Assembly (NCBI GenBank): GCA_964016885.1
Contig: OZ024742.1
Location: 125,798,001-125,862,000 of the forward strand
DNA length: 64,000 nucleotides
Source of the DNA: Eledone cirrhosa
Lineage: Eukaryota
Direction of reading: 5' to 3'
Shown: positions 27,909 to 41,167 of the stretch, piece by piece
Layout: each line of letters opens with the position of its first letter
How positions within the stretch are numbered: the first letter of the stretch is position 1
The notes under the pieces: model-generated
The model's database searches: none
Seen by the model: the letters and a program-made list of their open reading frames with translations, nothing else
Told to the model about the DNA's origin: nothing
Made by a program: the position numbers and the translations under genes

Positions 27909-28267
27909 AGTCAGGTCAAGCCTCTGCTTGGTACTGGGACCATGTAACCCAGTACAACCTGTTTCATGGTTGAGTCATCGGTGAATAAACCGGCACCCCA
28001 CCACACCCTGGTCTGATGATGAGGGTTAGTGGAACCCGAGCAGTCCACCAAGCAAGAGCACTTAAAAGGGTGGATGAACTCCTCGGAATCAACGGCCGTC
28101 CACCCCATGTATGGCGTAAATGGCCTCGCCAACCCACAATTGGACAAACGTCGTGAGTACGGCTACATCTCGGATATGACCAAAACCAAACAGAAAACAG
28201 TGAAAGTCAACCAGGTAGGGGATCCTTTAATAGGAGTGAGAAAGCCCTGGATTAGATTGGATTGGAA
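27909..28267 (+). mobile_element. RTE-5'UTR-like short element with (GGATT)n-type tail
   Basis: The 5' ~150 nt is homologous to 4823 and 53221 (minus). Ends GGATTAGATTGGATTGG. Confidence 0.55.
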
Positions 28268-28549
28268 GTAAATTATTTTACCGATACTTTATTTCATTGA
28301 CCCTGTAAGAGTGATAGGCAAAAATGTCTATTTAAACTTGCTGATTGGGGTATAATATTTGATATCCAACTTAAGGTGATTTGTTCAAATGCAGAATGGA
28401 AATTTAGAATTGGATAGCTACTTCAAAAATGGTGATAGGAAAGAATGGTCGAAACTAAATCATTTTGTCAGTGACTTTAACGATTCTAATAATCCCCCGA
28501 ACTAATAAAGCCATGGGAAGTTGATACACAGTCTTCATTATTATTTTAT

Positions 28550-28645
28550 TCCAGATTGGATGTATTAAGAAACGAAAATGGAAGTGAGCAGGGTATATGG
28601 CATGAACAAATGACAGCAAATGGACAAAGCCATGTACAGATGCAA
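28550..28645 (+). pseudogene. RTE-type LINE C-terminal ORF remnant
   Basis: IKKRKWK*AGYMA*TNDSKWTK resembles the W-AGH--R--D-RWT motif. A similar IRLRFGGHCRR remnant lies at ~27330. Confidence 0.5.
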
Positions 28646-30357
28646 AGGGAGAAATGATAAGGAATGAAGTCAATTCATTTTAGACGGACGTCAAGGGATA
28701 TTTTTGGCTTTATTATTAATTATTAGTTAGTTCGACAAAGTTCTGTCATCACACAATGTGACCTCCTCAATGACTATTTATTTTCCTATGTATCTCCTCT
28801 TCTTTCTCGTCTTACTTTATTTGGTTCATCTCCTTTCTCAAAGACAAGATGGAGTAAACAAAATAATACCAGAAAGAAGGGGATGTACAAAAGAAAACAA
28901 ATAGTTATTGGGGGGGGGGCACAGAATCGATATATTTGTTTGCATGGTATTTTCTTCTTTTTAAATTTCTGAAAGCCTTATATCAATCTGTAAATAATTC
29001 GTTTATGTTAGCCCCATGTGAATCTCTGTAAGCGCCGTCTGAATCTACTAAAGCTTCATGTGAATCTTTCAAACCTCCATGTGAATCTGTGAAAAGCTAT
29101 GTTTCAATGACACAAAACGACAAAAGACTTCATAGAAAACAAATCGTATTTAAAGACAATGATAAAAAAAACTAACGTGACGGAGAATAAAGTATTTAGG
29201 ATTAGAATATATGAATAGAAAAGCAAAATAATTTTTTTGAAGTAATGATATAAAAACAAATGTACTGATATCCTTCTTTTCTCATGAATTTCCAGTGTTG
29301 TGCTTTTGACAAGTAAATTATTTCAATTAAAATTGTTTTATCTCAAAACGAAACAAAAGACAAAAATACTGCACAAAGGAAAAGTATATTTTGTTTGTGA
29401 AACTAAAAACTTTTCATGAAATTAACAGCACAAAATACAATAGACTATTTCTTTAGATTAGAGCTTTAGTTGTCTTCTTGCTTCGCTTATATTTCTTTTT
29501 TTTTATTTCGTTCGTTTCTTTTTCTTTTATTTTTTGTTAATAGTGCTCCCACTCCAACCTAAATGTCATACACATACGTAAATCTAATATCTCAAATTTC
29601 CATTGGAAGACATGTTCAAGCAAATTTTTGACATAAAATATATCGCTTTCAGCACTTGAAATATATGCAGAACACATCTGAATTTCATGTACAGTATTCA
29701 GTACTTTCGGTCAAACAGATCTAAACTGAAAATTAATCCTTTAACGATGAAATATCTCAGTTCTTTCTAGCATATTATTTTAATTATGTTCCTATTATTT
29801 GCAACGATGTTCTTTAAGTACTTGGTGGACGATTTCAATATTTCCCTTCGGTGGCAATTACTGTCCTTCTTCATTTACAATATTTATTTTTATTTTTAAC
29901 GATCAATAATGCATTCAATTATATTATGTTGATAGCGTTAAATCGGATACTTTACTATCTTTCTAATTATATAAAAACATTCGTGAATCATCATGGGGTA
30001 ATAATTAAGTCAAAAATCGTTCTGCCCTCAAGACTAACGATGTACATTTCTCTAGTTTTGATTTTGTAGGCTTTGTTTTCAGTTTTTGTCTTCGAAAATG
30101 CTTTACAGCGGAAAATTCGTTCAATGAAATGAATTACGCCATTATATACATATATGTAATAGATAAGTGGATTTTCCTGTGTTCTCTCAAATCGGCAATG
30201 GTGTGTATGTGTGTGTGCGTGTGTAACTGCGTGTATTTATGAGTGTAAATGTTAAAAACATCCGAGATAGTGAAAATCTAATGTTATTTCACGTTCTTAA
30301 CCAGAGAGAAAATAATCTCATAAACATACACATGCACCGACACACACACACACACGT

Positions 30358-30391
<34 letters not shown>

Positions 30392-30392
<1 letters not shown>

Positions 30393-30576
30393 ATTGTTTC
30401 TACTTTAGGCACAAGGCCAGCAAATATCCAGTACATTACTGGTACTTTATTTTATCGACCCCGTAAGGATGAAAGGCAAAGTTAACCTTGGCGGGATTTG
30501 AACTCAGACCGTAAAGGGACGCAACTATGCTATAAAGCATGGCGTCCACTCTCTACCGATACTGCCAATTCACCGC
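30392..30576 (-). mobile_element. tRNA-derived SINE inserted in (TA)n
   Basis: Near-consensus reverse copy flanked by TA runs. Confidence 0.85.
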
Positions 30577-30747
30577 GTTTATATATATATATATATAATG
30601 AGTATATGCTGGTTGTTTACCGACACCTGAGTATGCAGAATGGAGGACTCGACGAAGTACGCAGGTTGGTTGGTTTACTCCGGAGTAATGTAAAATAATT
30701 AAGTCAAATATGTAAAATTTGGCTTCGTTTATTATAAATTATAGATA

Positions 30748-30785
30748 TACTGCTATATATATTTCGGTGACCTCTTCAGGCAGTC
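30748..30785 (-). ncRNA. Minimal type-I hammerhead ribozyme
   Basis: Minus strand: ACTGC CTGAAGA GGTCACC GAAA TATATATA GCAGT. Stem I is ACTGC/GCAGT; stem III is palindromic. Confidence 0.75.
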
Positions 30786-30929
30786 CGAATTGGTGTGTGA
30801 AAGACAGGTACACATGTTGTTGAAGTGTGTTTTACTCCGTCAATACATCGATATGTCCATATGTCGATAGTGTTGTTATTTCTCTGAGGCACTAGAATCA
30901 TATGATTCCACTTCCTCAGAGAAATACTT

Positions 30930-31797
30930 ACATTTAAGTATCAACCGTACTAAGAGTGAGAAATGAAATTTCGTTTCATTCTTTCCCATTCATCATTTTC
31001 GGTGCGCCCGGCCGACTAACTCACTCGATATGCAAATTAGGCTGCTCAGCCGTTAATATGCATAAGGAAAGTATATACTTTCAGACGTTCAATCATCTAG
31101 CAGGGAGGTATACGATCCTGACGATAGCTAATAAGCTGTGTCAGTGTTGAACAAAAAGGCGACGATGTTGCCTGAACACTGTACGGCGTAATTCGGGCTG
31201 TTTGTTTGTTTACAAACAAACCGAACATTTTAATAGATGTTCGGTAAACCCATACGTACATATATATATATCTGTGTGCATCTTTGTATATATATATACA
31301 TACTACTGTACTTTTGTATACATATATGCATGTACGTATACATAGATACATACATTTAAGTATCAACCGTACTAAGAGTGAGAAATGAAATTTCATTCCA
31401 TTCTTTTCCATTTATCGTTTTCGGTGCGCCCGGCCGACTAACTCACTCGATATGCAAATTAGGCTGATCAGCCGTTAATATGCATAAGGAAAATATATAC
31501 TTTCAGACGTTCAATCATCTGGCAGGAAAGTATACGATGCTAACGATAGCTAATAAGCTTGAAACTAGTACATCGTTCCTGTGTCAGTGTTGAACAAAAA
31601 GGCGACGATGGTTGCCTGAACACTGTACGGCGTAATTCGGGCTGTTTGTTTGTTTACAAACAAACCGAACATTGTAATAGATGTTCGGTAAACCCATACG
31701 TACATATATATATATCTGTGCATGTATGTGTATATATATATATACATACTACTGTATGTCTGTATACATTTATGTATGTACGTATACATACATACCT
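30930..31797 (+). mobile_element. Two tandem ~422-bp HHR-containing units (retrozyme-like)
   Basis: CATTTAAGTATCAACCGTACTAAGAG recurs at ~30931 and ~31353. HHR at 31534-31576 (ACGATG CTAACGA TAGCTAATAAGCTT GAAAC TA GTA CATCGT); a partly deleted HHR at 31118. Confidence 0.75.
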
Positions 31798-31801
31798 ATA
31801 T

Positions 31802-34558
31802 AATGGGCCCGAACTATGCCAACCTTTTTGTTGGCCATGTTGAGGCCCAAATCTTTGCCCAGTACACCGGCCCCACGCCCGAACTGTACGGTCGTTACAT
31901 TGACGACTGTATCGGAGCCACGACCCTCACCCGAGAACAGCTCGACTCCTTTCTCTCCTTCTTCTGCTCCTTCCACCCATCCCTCCACTTCACCACCTCT
32001 ATCTCCACCACCCACGTCCACTTTTTAGACATCTCTGTCGCCTTCGACCCCTCCCACCACTCCCTCGTCACCTCCGCCTTCTTCAAACCCACCGACTCCC
32101 ACTCTTACCTCGACTTCACCTTTTCCCACCCCACCCACACTAAACACTCCATTCCCTACTCCCAACTCCTCAGGATCCGCCACCTCTGTAGCCGAGATGC
32201 TGACTTCGAGTCCCAGGCCCTTTCCCTAGTCAGCCATTTCACCCGCAGAGGTTACCCCCCCCCTTCTCTCGTCCACACCGCTCTCACCCGCGCCCGTGCT
32301 GTCAACCTCTCCACCACCCTCACCCCACGCCACCGCACACCCACCAACCATCTCCCCTTCCCCATCACCTACCACCCCTCCACCGCACCCCTCCACCGCA
32401 CCATCCGCCGCCTCTTCCGACGCCTCCAGTCCGACCCCTCCACTTCCCACATCTTCCCAACACCACCACTCCCCTCCTTCAAACGCGTCCGCAATCTCCG
32501 CACCCTCCTCGTCCACAGCTCCCTACTCCCTAAACCCACGCTCTTCCCCCCCCCCGGTTCCTTTCCCTGTTCTAGGGCCCGCTGCAACACCTGTCCCCAC
32601 ATCACCAACACCACCACCTTTCAGGGTCCCAACGGCCACTCTCTCTCGGTCCGGCATGCCTTCCGCTGCACCTCCTCCAACCTAGTCTACGGACTTATGT
32701 CGGACAGACGGGACGTCGCCTGGCGGACCGATTCACTGAGCACCTCCGGGATATTCGTCTCGGTGGTAGTTCCCCCATCGCCCGCCACTTTGGTGCCCCT
32801 GGACATTCCGCACGCCATCTCACAGTCTGTGGCCTACTCCAATGCCACGCAACACCCGCCAATCTCCTTAGAGTCGAACAAAGAATCATCTTCATCTTAC
32901 AGACCCACACTCCCCCCGGCCTGAACTCCCCACCCTTATTCCTTTAGCCTTCGACCGCCCCCCTCCCCCCACACATATCCCCCACTAACACCACTAACAC
33001 CCCTCCTTTTCACCGCCCACCCCACAAGTAACAATACTAACACCTCCACTCCACCCCTCATCCTACCACCCTACTCCAACTAACATACTAACATCCCTCC
33101 CTTCTTCTCCCCCCCCTCCTTATCACACGCACACACCCACCGGCACATATATACACGCGCTCACACTAAACACACACCCTACTACCACCACTAACCCTCA
33201 CCCCCACACCTCCATCCCACCACCCCGCAACTAACCTCAATAACACCCCCTGACCCCAAGCACACGAACACACGCACCCACTTACACCACCCACCCCACA
33301 CGCAACTAACATCACTAACACCCCCCAACCCCACGTACACGTTCCCACACACCCTCGTACACCACCAACTCTACACACCCTACCACCACTAACCCCCACG
33401 CACACCTGCATTCAACCCTTTCCCCACCTCCCGTATACTAACACCCACTAACACCCCCTTCATCAAACTACACACACACCAGTACACCACACTCCCTCCA
33501 TCGAACTACACACACCCTTCTCTCCCCACTCCACCCACACCATTTCTCCACACTCACTCATCCCACTAACACCTCTACTAATACACACACACACCCTCCT
33601 CACTCCAACTTTCACACCTACCCATCCTCGCCCCTTTACCATTCCACCCGACTGCTGCTATGCCCTCTGACCACCTCCCAGCACAAACAGACACACAGCA
33701 CTCCCACCCCCTTGACCACTTCCTGTTGCGCGCGCACCCCACATCTCTCCTCTTCCGACCATCTCTTCATGGAATACTCGTATGTGGAACTTGACCACCG
33801 TGGAATCTGCTAACATCATAGGAATTTACAAACATTTCAACCATCCTCTTACGGAATCACCTATATAACTCACCCACACACACACCCCAAAAAATGTTTT
33901 TCTCCCACACGCCACCTACACCCACAACACGCTTAAACCCCACACACACGTGGTGCTTTCCACCACATATTTACACCCTCAGCCTCCTGATTCCTCTCCC
34001 CCCACCCCTATATCCACACACGCACAGACACTCCGAGCTACACCCCCCCCCCCCACGCACACACACACACCTCTTCCTGAACATGCAACCCCGTTCTTCC
34101 CCCAACCCTTGCTTTCACATACACACACACACACGTACACCTACACACACACACCACCTCCAGCCCTCCCCGCTCGGACACCCCGTCTCCCTCTCCCCAC
34201 TCCACCCGCCACCACCCCTACACACCCCACACCCTTCCACCACCTGTTTTACCCCTTTTTAATTTCAGTTTATTTTGATCATGCTTTTATATTTATTTTT
34301 ATTTCATTTATTTTTATTTTGATCATGCTTTATTTTTATTTTTATTTTTAATTTCATTCGCACCGTTTCCTTTCGCTATATGTCTCTCCGCCACTCCCCT
34401 ACACACCCTTTGAACTCTGTTCCCACACACTTCTCACCTGAGGAAGGGCTTATGCCCGAAACGTCGTTGCCCACCACCACCCCACTCTTCAGAGCGTGAA
34501 ATTAATAAACATTCGTTGTACTGCCTCTCTGTTTTGTTCCTGTTCAAATTTTCCATTA
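31802..34558 (+). mobile_element. 5'-truncated Neptune-like PLE copy forming the upstream partial tandem (pLTR)
   Basis: MGPNYANLF, RYIDD, FLDI, CSRARCNTC and GIY-YIG remnants; nearly identical to 36619-39321. Confidence 0.92.
34433..34469 (+). ncRNA. Minimal hammerhead ribozyme in PLE pLTR
   Basis: CTGAGGA AGGGCTTATGCCC GAAAC GTC; stem II is GGGC/GCCC; stem I is weak. Confidence 0.75.
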
Positions 34559-34984
34559 GATATAATACACGCTCACACGGCTTCCATTCCTTTGGAACAT
34601 AACTTAACTACCGGCTCAACCCCGATCTAATCCGCCGTGACCATTCTCCGAACTTTACACACCTTTCCACACTTGGTCTTTCCTCCCACGCATTACCTTT
34701 GTTTGATTTTGTTACTGTACTTGTTTATTTCCGTATATGATTCTTTGCCTGTGTTCTTACGATTTTATTTCTATGATTTTTTGTTCACGATTGCCTGTGT
34801 TTTTACCTTTATGATTTTTTTTGTCTTTAATTTTCCTGTGTATACTCTCCCCTCCTTACGTTTTTCTGTTTCATTTTCCCTTCCCCGTCTCTGCCTATCC
34901 TTCGCACTCACTCCTTCGTTCACTCCACCCCGCTTCACACCCCTGCTTTCTCATCCCTCCCCCTGCTTTCACCCAAAGCCCACC

Positions 34985-37765
34985 ATGCCCAGCCTGAGAT
35001 CCTTTCTCCACCAACTACATAGTCGCCTCAAACTTTTCCTCACCCCCCTCCTCCCACCCTGCTATCTCCCCTCTGCTTTTCAACTCTCCTACCTTCTCTT
35101 CGCCAAAACCCGGCACTCCAGCCACATCCATTTCCTCAGCCACTGCCTCCGCCTCCACCTTATCCCCCTCGGCTTCCGTCTACACTTCCACCCTTCTCCC
35201 GCCGCTTCCCCCTCCACGCAACGTATCCTCACCGGATCCTCACGCCTCCTGATGCGCAACTCCATCCGCGCCTCCCGTTCCACCCTCCGCCAACTTGACC
35301 ACCAACTGACCCCCACCCTCCTCCGCCTTAACTCCACCTGCCACCCCTCCTCGCCCAAGCCATCCTCTCCTTCATCCAAAACCTCAACCACAACCTCTTC
35401 TCCTTCCTCAGCTCCACCAAAGCCCGCAAGCTGCACTCACTCCTCCCAACCACCCCCATCCACCACCACCCACCCATCTCCATACGACCACCACTCTCCA
35501 CCCCTCCTTCGACCCCCCAATCTCCACCCTGCACCTCACCCCTCACTACACCCCCCCCCCACACACACACACCCAAACCCCACCACTTGTTGTCACCATA
35601 CCCCCTGACCTCCCCCTCTCCGCACCCGAACGCTCACTCCTTAGTAGAGGCCTTCGCTTCATACCCCACACTCCGCACAGCGACGAGTTCCGCACCGGAA
35701 CGGAAGTCGGGCGATTCGTGCGACGCACGAAGCTACAGGTACATTTCGGCCGAACGCCACCGGCAACGGACGCCCCAGACCCGTTTCTCGCCCTAGGCCG
35801 ACGACCATCTTCTTGGACGCCGGCCCCAGGGCAATTTAGCACCCTGGACGCGTTCGTCGATGCCAGCCGTAGCGCAGTAAATCGTTTCGACTTCTGCCAC
35901 CGTTCCAAACGGTACAATATCTCACGGGGCGAACTCCTCGCTCTCCGCTCCCTCCGTAGCCGAGATGACATCGTCATCAAACCGGTGGACAAGGGAGGCG
36001 CCGTGGTGGTGTGGCACGCGGACCTCTACACGGCCGAAGCCCTCAGGCAGCTCTGTAACCACCTCTTCTACCGCCCTCTACCCTCCGATCCCACACCCTC
36101 TACCAACAACAAGTCTCCTCCACCATCAAAGACCTTGTCGCCTCCTCCCTCCCCCTCCCTCACCGCTTCCCACCTCATCGTCCGCACCCACGCACCCCCA
36201 CCATCTACTTCGTCCCCAAACTCCACAAACCCGACAACCCCGGCCGCCCCATCGTCTCCGCTTGCAACTGCCCCACCGAACTCATCTCCGCCTTTCTCGA
36301 CTCCATCCTCGCCCCCCTTGTCACAACCCTCCCCTCCCACATCTCCAACACCAACCACGCCCTGCGCCTTTTCGACTCCTTCACCTACCCACCCTGCCCA
36401 CAGCCCTTCCTCTTCACCCTAGACATCAAGTCCCTCTATACCGTCATCCCCCACGCCGACGGCCTACGCGCCCTCAAACACTACCTCGACCTTCGCCCCT
36501 CCCCCATTCCCTCCACCCCCACCCTCCTTCGCCTCGCCGAGCTGGTCCTCACCCTCAATTGTTTCTCCTTCTCGGGTGAGTTTTACCAACAGGTCACGGG
36601 GGTAGCCATGGGTACAAGAATGGGCCCGAACTATGCCAACCTTTTTGTTGGCCATGTTGAGGCCCAAATCTTTGCCCAGTACACCGGCCCCACGCCCGAA
36701 CTGTACGGTCGTTATATTGACGACTGTATCGGAGCCACGACCCTCACCCGAGAACAGCTCGACTCCTTTCTCTCCTTCTTCTGCTCCTTCCACCCATCCC
36801 TCCATTTCACCACCTCTATCTCCACCACCCACGTCCACTTCTTAGACATCTCCGTCGCCTTCGACCCCTCCCTCCACTCCCTCGTCACCTCCGCCTTCTT
36901 CAAACCCACCGACTCCCACTCTTACCTCGACTTCACCTTTTCCCACCCCACCCACACTAAACACTCCATTCCCTACTCCCAACTCCACAGGATCCGCCAC
37001 CTCTGTAGTCGAGATGCTGACTTCGAGTCCCAGGCCCTTTCCCTAGTCATCCATTTCACCCGCAGAGGTTACCCCCCCCCCTCTCTCTCGTCCACACCGT
37101 TCTCACCCGCGCCCGTGCTGTCAACCTCTCCACCACCCTCACCCCACGCCACCGCACACCCACCAACCGTCTCCCCTTCCCCATCACCTACCACCCCTCC
37201 ACCGCACCCCTCCACCGCACCATCCGCCGCCTCTTCCGACGCCTCCAGTCCGACCCCTCCACCTCCCACATCTTCCCAACCCCACCACTCCCCTCCTTCA
37301 AACGCGCCCGCAATCTCCGCACTCTCCTCTTCCACAGCTCCCTACCCCCTAAACCCACGCTCTTCCCCCCCCCCGGTTCCTTTCCCTGTTCTAGGCCCCG
37401 CTGCAACACCTGTCCCCACATCACCAACACCACCACCTTCCAGGGTCCCAACGGCCACTCTCTCTCTGTCCGGCATGCCTTCCGCTGCACCTCTTCCGAC
37501 CTAGTCTACGGAATCCGCGGACAGACGGGACGTCGCCTGGCGGACCGATTCACTGAGCACCTCCGGGATATTCGTCTCGGTGGTAGTTCCCCCATCGCCC
37601 TCCACTTTGTAGCCCCTGGACATTCCGCACGCCATCTCACAGTCTGTGGCCTACTTCCAATGACACGGAACACCCGCCAATCTCCTTAGAGTCGAACAAA
37701 GAACCATCTTCATCTTACAGACCCACACTTCCCCCGGCCTGAACTCCCCACCCTTATTCCTTTAG
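34985..37765 (+). pseudogene. PLE polyprotein: RT + Cys-rich linker + GIY-YIG endonuclease (several frameshifts)
   Basis: LSRGLRFIP, IKPVDKGGAVVV, PKLHKPDNPGRPIVS, LDIKSLYTVIP, GVAMGTRMGPNYA, RYIDD, CSRPRCNTC and LVYG..GQTGRRLADRFTEH. Confidence 0.92.
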
Positions 37766-39195
37766 CCTTCGACCGCCCCCCTCCCCCCACACATATCCCC
37801 CACTAACACCCCTCCTTTTCACCGCCCACCCCACAACTAACAGTACTAACACCTCCACTCCACCCCTCATCCGACCACCCTACTCCAACTAACATACTAA
37901 CATCCCTCCCTTCTTCTCCTCCCCCTCCTTATCACACGCACACACCCACCGGCACATATAAACACGCGCTCACACTAAACACACACCCTACTACCACCAC
38001 TAGCCCTCACCCCCACACCTCCACCCCACCACCCCGCAACTAACCTCAATAACACCCCCTGACCCCAAGCACACGAACACACGCACCCACTTACACCACC
38101 CACCCCACACGCAACTAACATGACTAACACCCCCAAACCCCACGTACACGTACCCCCCCCCCCACTCACACCTGCATTCAACCCTTTCCCCACCCCCCGT
38201 ATACTAACACCCCACTAACTTCATCAAACTACACACACACCAGTACAACACACTCCCTCCATCGAACTACACACACCCTTCTCTCCCCGCTCCACCCACA
38301 CCATTTCTCCACACTCACTCATCCCACTAACACCTCTACTAATACACACACACACCCTCCTCACTCCAACTTTCACACCTACCTATCCTCGTCCCTTTAC
38401 CATTCCACCCGACTGCTGCTATACCCTCTGACCACCTCCCAGCACAAACAGACACACAGCACTCCCACCCCCTTGACCACTTCCTGTTGCGCGCGCACCC
38501 ACATCTCTCCTCTTCCGACCATCTCTTCATGGAATACTCGTATGTGGAACTTGACCACCGTGGAATCTGCTAACATCATAGGAATTTACCAACATTTCAA
38601 CCATCCTCTTACGGAATCACCTATATAACTCACCCACACACACACACCCCGAAAAATGTTTTTTCTCCCACACGCCACCTACACCCACAACACGCTTAAA
38701 ACCCACACACACGTGCTTTCCACCACATATTTACACCCTCAGCCTCCTGATTCCTCTCCCCCACCCCTCTATCCACACACGCACAGACACTCCGACCTAC
38801 ACCCCCCCCCCACACACACACACACACACACCTCTTCCTGAACATGCAACCCCGTTCTTCCCCCAACCCTTGCTTTCACATACACACACACACACACGTA
38901 CACCTACACACACACACCACCTCCAGCCCTCCCCGCTCGGACAGCCCGTCTCCCTCTCCCCACTCCACCCGCCACCACCCCTACACACCCCACACCCTTC
39001 CACCACCTGTTTTACCCCTTTTTAATTTCAGTTTATTTTGATCATGCTTTTATATTTATTTTTATTTCATTTATTTTTATTTTGATCATGCTTTATTTTT
39101 ATTTTTATTTTTAATTTCATTCGCACCGTTTCCTTTCGCTATATGTCTCTCCACCACTCCCCTACACACCCTTTGAACTCTGTTCCCACACACTT

Positions 39196-39232
39196 CTCAC
39201 CTGAGGAAGGGCTTATGCCCGAAACGTCGTTG
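39196..39232 (+). ncRNA. Minimal hammerhead ribozyme in the 3' pLTR
   Basis: Identical to the motif at 34438. Confidence 0.75.
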
Positions 39233-39317
39233 CCCACCACCACCCCACTCTTCAGAGCGTGAAATTAATAAACATTCGTTGTACTGCCTCTCTGTTTTGT
39301 TCCTGTTCAAATTTTCC

Positions 39318-39359
<42 letters not shown>

Positions 39360-39362
<3 letters not shown>

Positions 39363-41167
39363 AAGATGAATATAAAATGAAAGTGCTTTTTTTAAAAAAA
39401 GGAATTTATTAGGTATTGACATATGTTTCTGTAACAGACGGAATACCTATGTATCGCTGCTTGCGTAATCATATAATGTTAGCAATTATTCGATGGCAAA
39501 TGTATAATCAGTTGTCACTTCTTCAGAGATTTTGGATAAATTGGAAAAAATCAGAAAAATTGAAGTATTTATATTAGTTGTAATAGAGTAAGAAGAGAGG
39601 GGATAGTATATGACAGATGGTAATTCAATTTACTGCTAAACAAGTATATAAAGGGTTTCTAATGAGAATACAATGAGTAAATGGTTTATTTTATCTAAAT
39701 AAGAATTTTTGGGAGTGCCTATTTTAATCTATACTTGACCAATTGAACAATGGACAGGGCTGGTCATTTGGTGTAGTAGTATTAATTATAAAGTGTCAAT
39801 TAAGGAAGGGAGAGATTTCGACTGCTACTGAATAACATCAATGCTAGTAGCCAGCTGGTATATGCATTAGGGAATTGAATTAAGAAATCTCATTTTATCT
39901 ATAGCAGTTTATATTAAATGGTAAATAATAGAAGAGTTGATAGAATTAAGACTAATAGAGAATGTTAATATGTATTTTGACAATCAAACGGAGATGGAGA
40001 CAGGCGTTCAATCCTGGTAGTATTTGTAATATGAAAATGTAGATTTTAAGCGATGGTTACAGTATAACGATCGCTCTATTTTGTTATTTAATAAAATGTT
40101 TTTGGAAATCATATTACAAAATAATTCCATATTACATAATTTACAAAATTCCTGTCCGTGGATAATGGAGGGGTAGTGCTATTATATCCCATTTTAAGTT
40201 AAATTGTTGGTTATTTTCACGCAGCTGCCAAGCCTTGTCTGCGAGTGTTGTTACATAACGCTGGTTTTCATGTTTTATCGAGTAACGATGTCTATAAAGG
40301 CGTGATTTGAAGGAGGTGGCTGTAGATCCTACATAGTACCACTTCTGTCTATCCGATTCGATAGTACATTTGTATATTATGTTGCGTTCAAGACACTGAT
40401 TGTTCAACGGACACATTCCTGGTTGGACACAGTTACAGTTATAATTTTGCGTTGTTGTATTGGCATGGATGGGTTGATGAGGTTGCTTAGGTAGGACGGG
40501 ATGTTGTTTGTTGTTTTGTGATGGTATAGCTAATGTTTTACGTGTATTGTTATGTGTTGGAAGGCGTTTATACAACGGTTTTGCGTTAAGCTTTTTTATA
40601 TGTTGTTCAATATTAGGGGCGGTTGAATATGAAAGTCGAATAGTGTTAGGGTTTAAGATTTTATTATATTTATGTGATGTTGGAAAGTGTTTTTTAACTA
40701 ATCGAAAGAATTGTGAGGGTAGATTGGTTTTAATAGAGTTGTTATAGACTGGGTTGTACCATATATACTCTTTACATTGCCTTCTGTTTGGTGGTGTGCG
40801 ACTATTATTGTGTCTATTGCGGTAGTGTATGTATGGTGGTGATTATGTGCTAGTTCTACCCCTATGGGATTTAATTTGGGTGTTTTGGTGATCTTCGACT
40901 ATATACTCTATATTATCTAGGTGTCCGGCCTTCCTAAGTGCATCATCATAATATTCGGCATGTTCTTTGAAGGTTTGTTGGTTGACAGGCGGGAGATTCT
41001 AAGAGAAACATTTCTAGGGATGGATTTAATTATAGAGAGTGGATGGTTAGAACTCGTATTTACATATTTAAGGTTCTCATTTAGTTTATGGAACGGTTTA
41101 ATCGTTTCTGTATTGAGATTCAAAGTAACATCAAGGAAATTGACCTCTTTGAGGTTATATTCAAATG

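Larger units (their letters stand above)
34559..39321 (+). mobile_element. Near-full-length Neptune-like Penelope-like element
   Basis: 5' UTR, ORF from ATG 34985 to TAG ~37765, long C/A-rich 3' UTR, HHR, AATAAA (~39267). Ends directly in (TA)n. Confidence 0.93.

Noticed and set aside
29015-29095. ~21-bp ATGTGAATCT repeats
   Set aside because: Short degenerate minisatellite with no further structure.
30930-31797. CRISPR-like or prokaryotic repeat array
   Set aside because: Long tandem units without repeat-spacer structure; eukaryotic context and no cas genes anywhere in the window.
31722-32924. 400-aa ORF as an independent gene
   Set aside because: Chance fusion of microsatellite sequence to the 5'-truncated PLE RT; the frame shifts at the GIY-YIG deletion.
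34630-34980. Intron in the PLE 5' UTR
   Set aside because: The T-rich tract and AG before the ATG fit known PLE introns, but no clear donor could be assigned.
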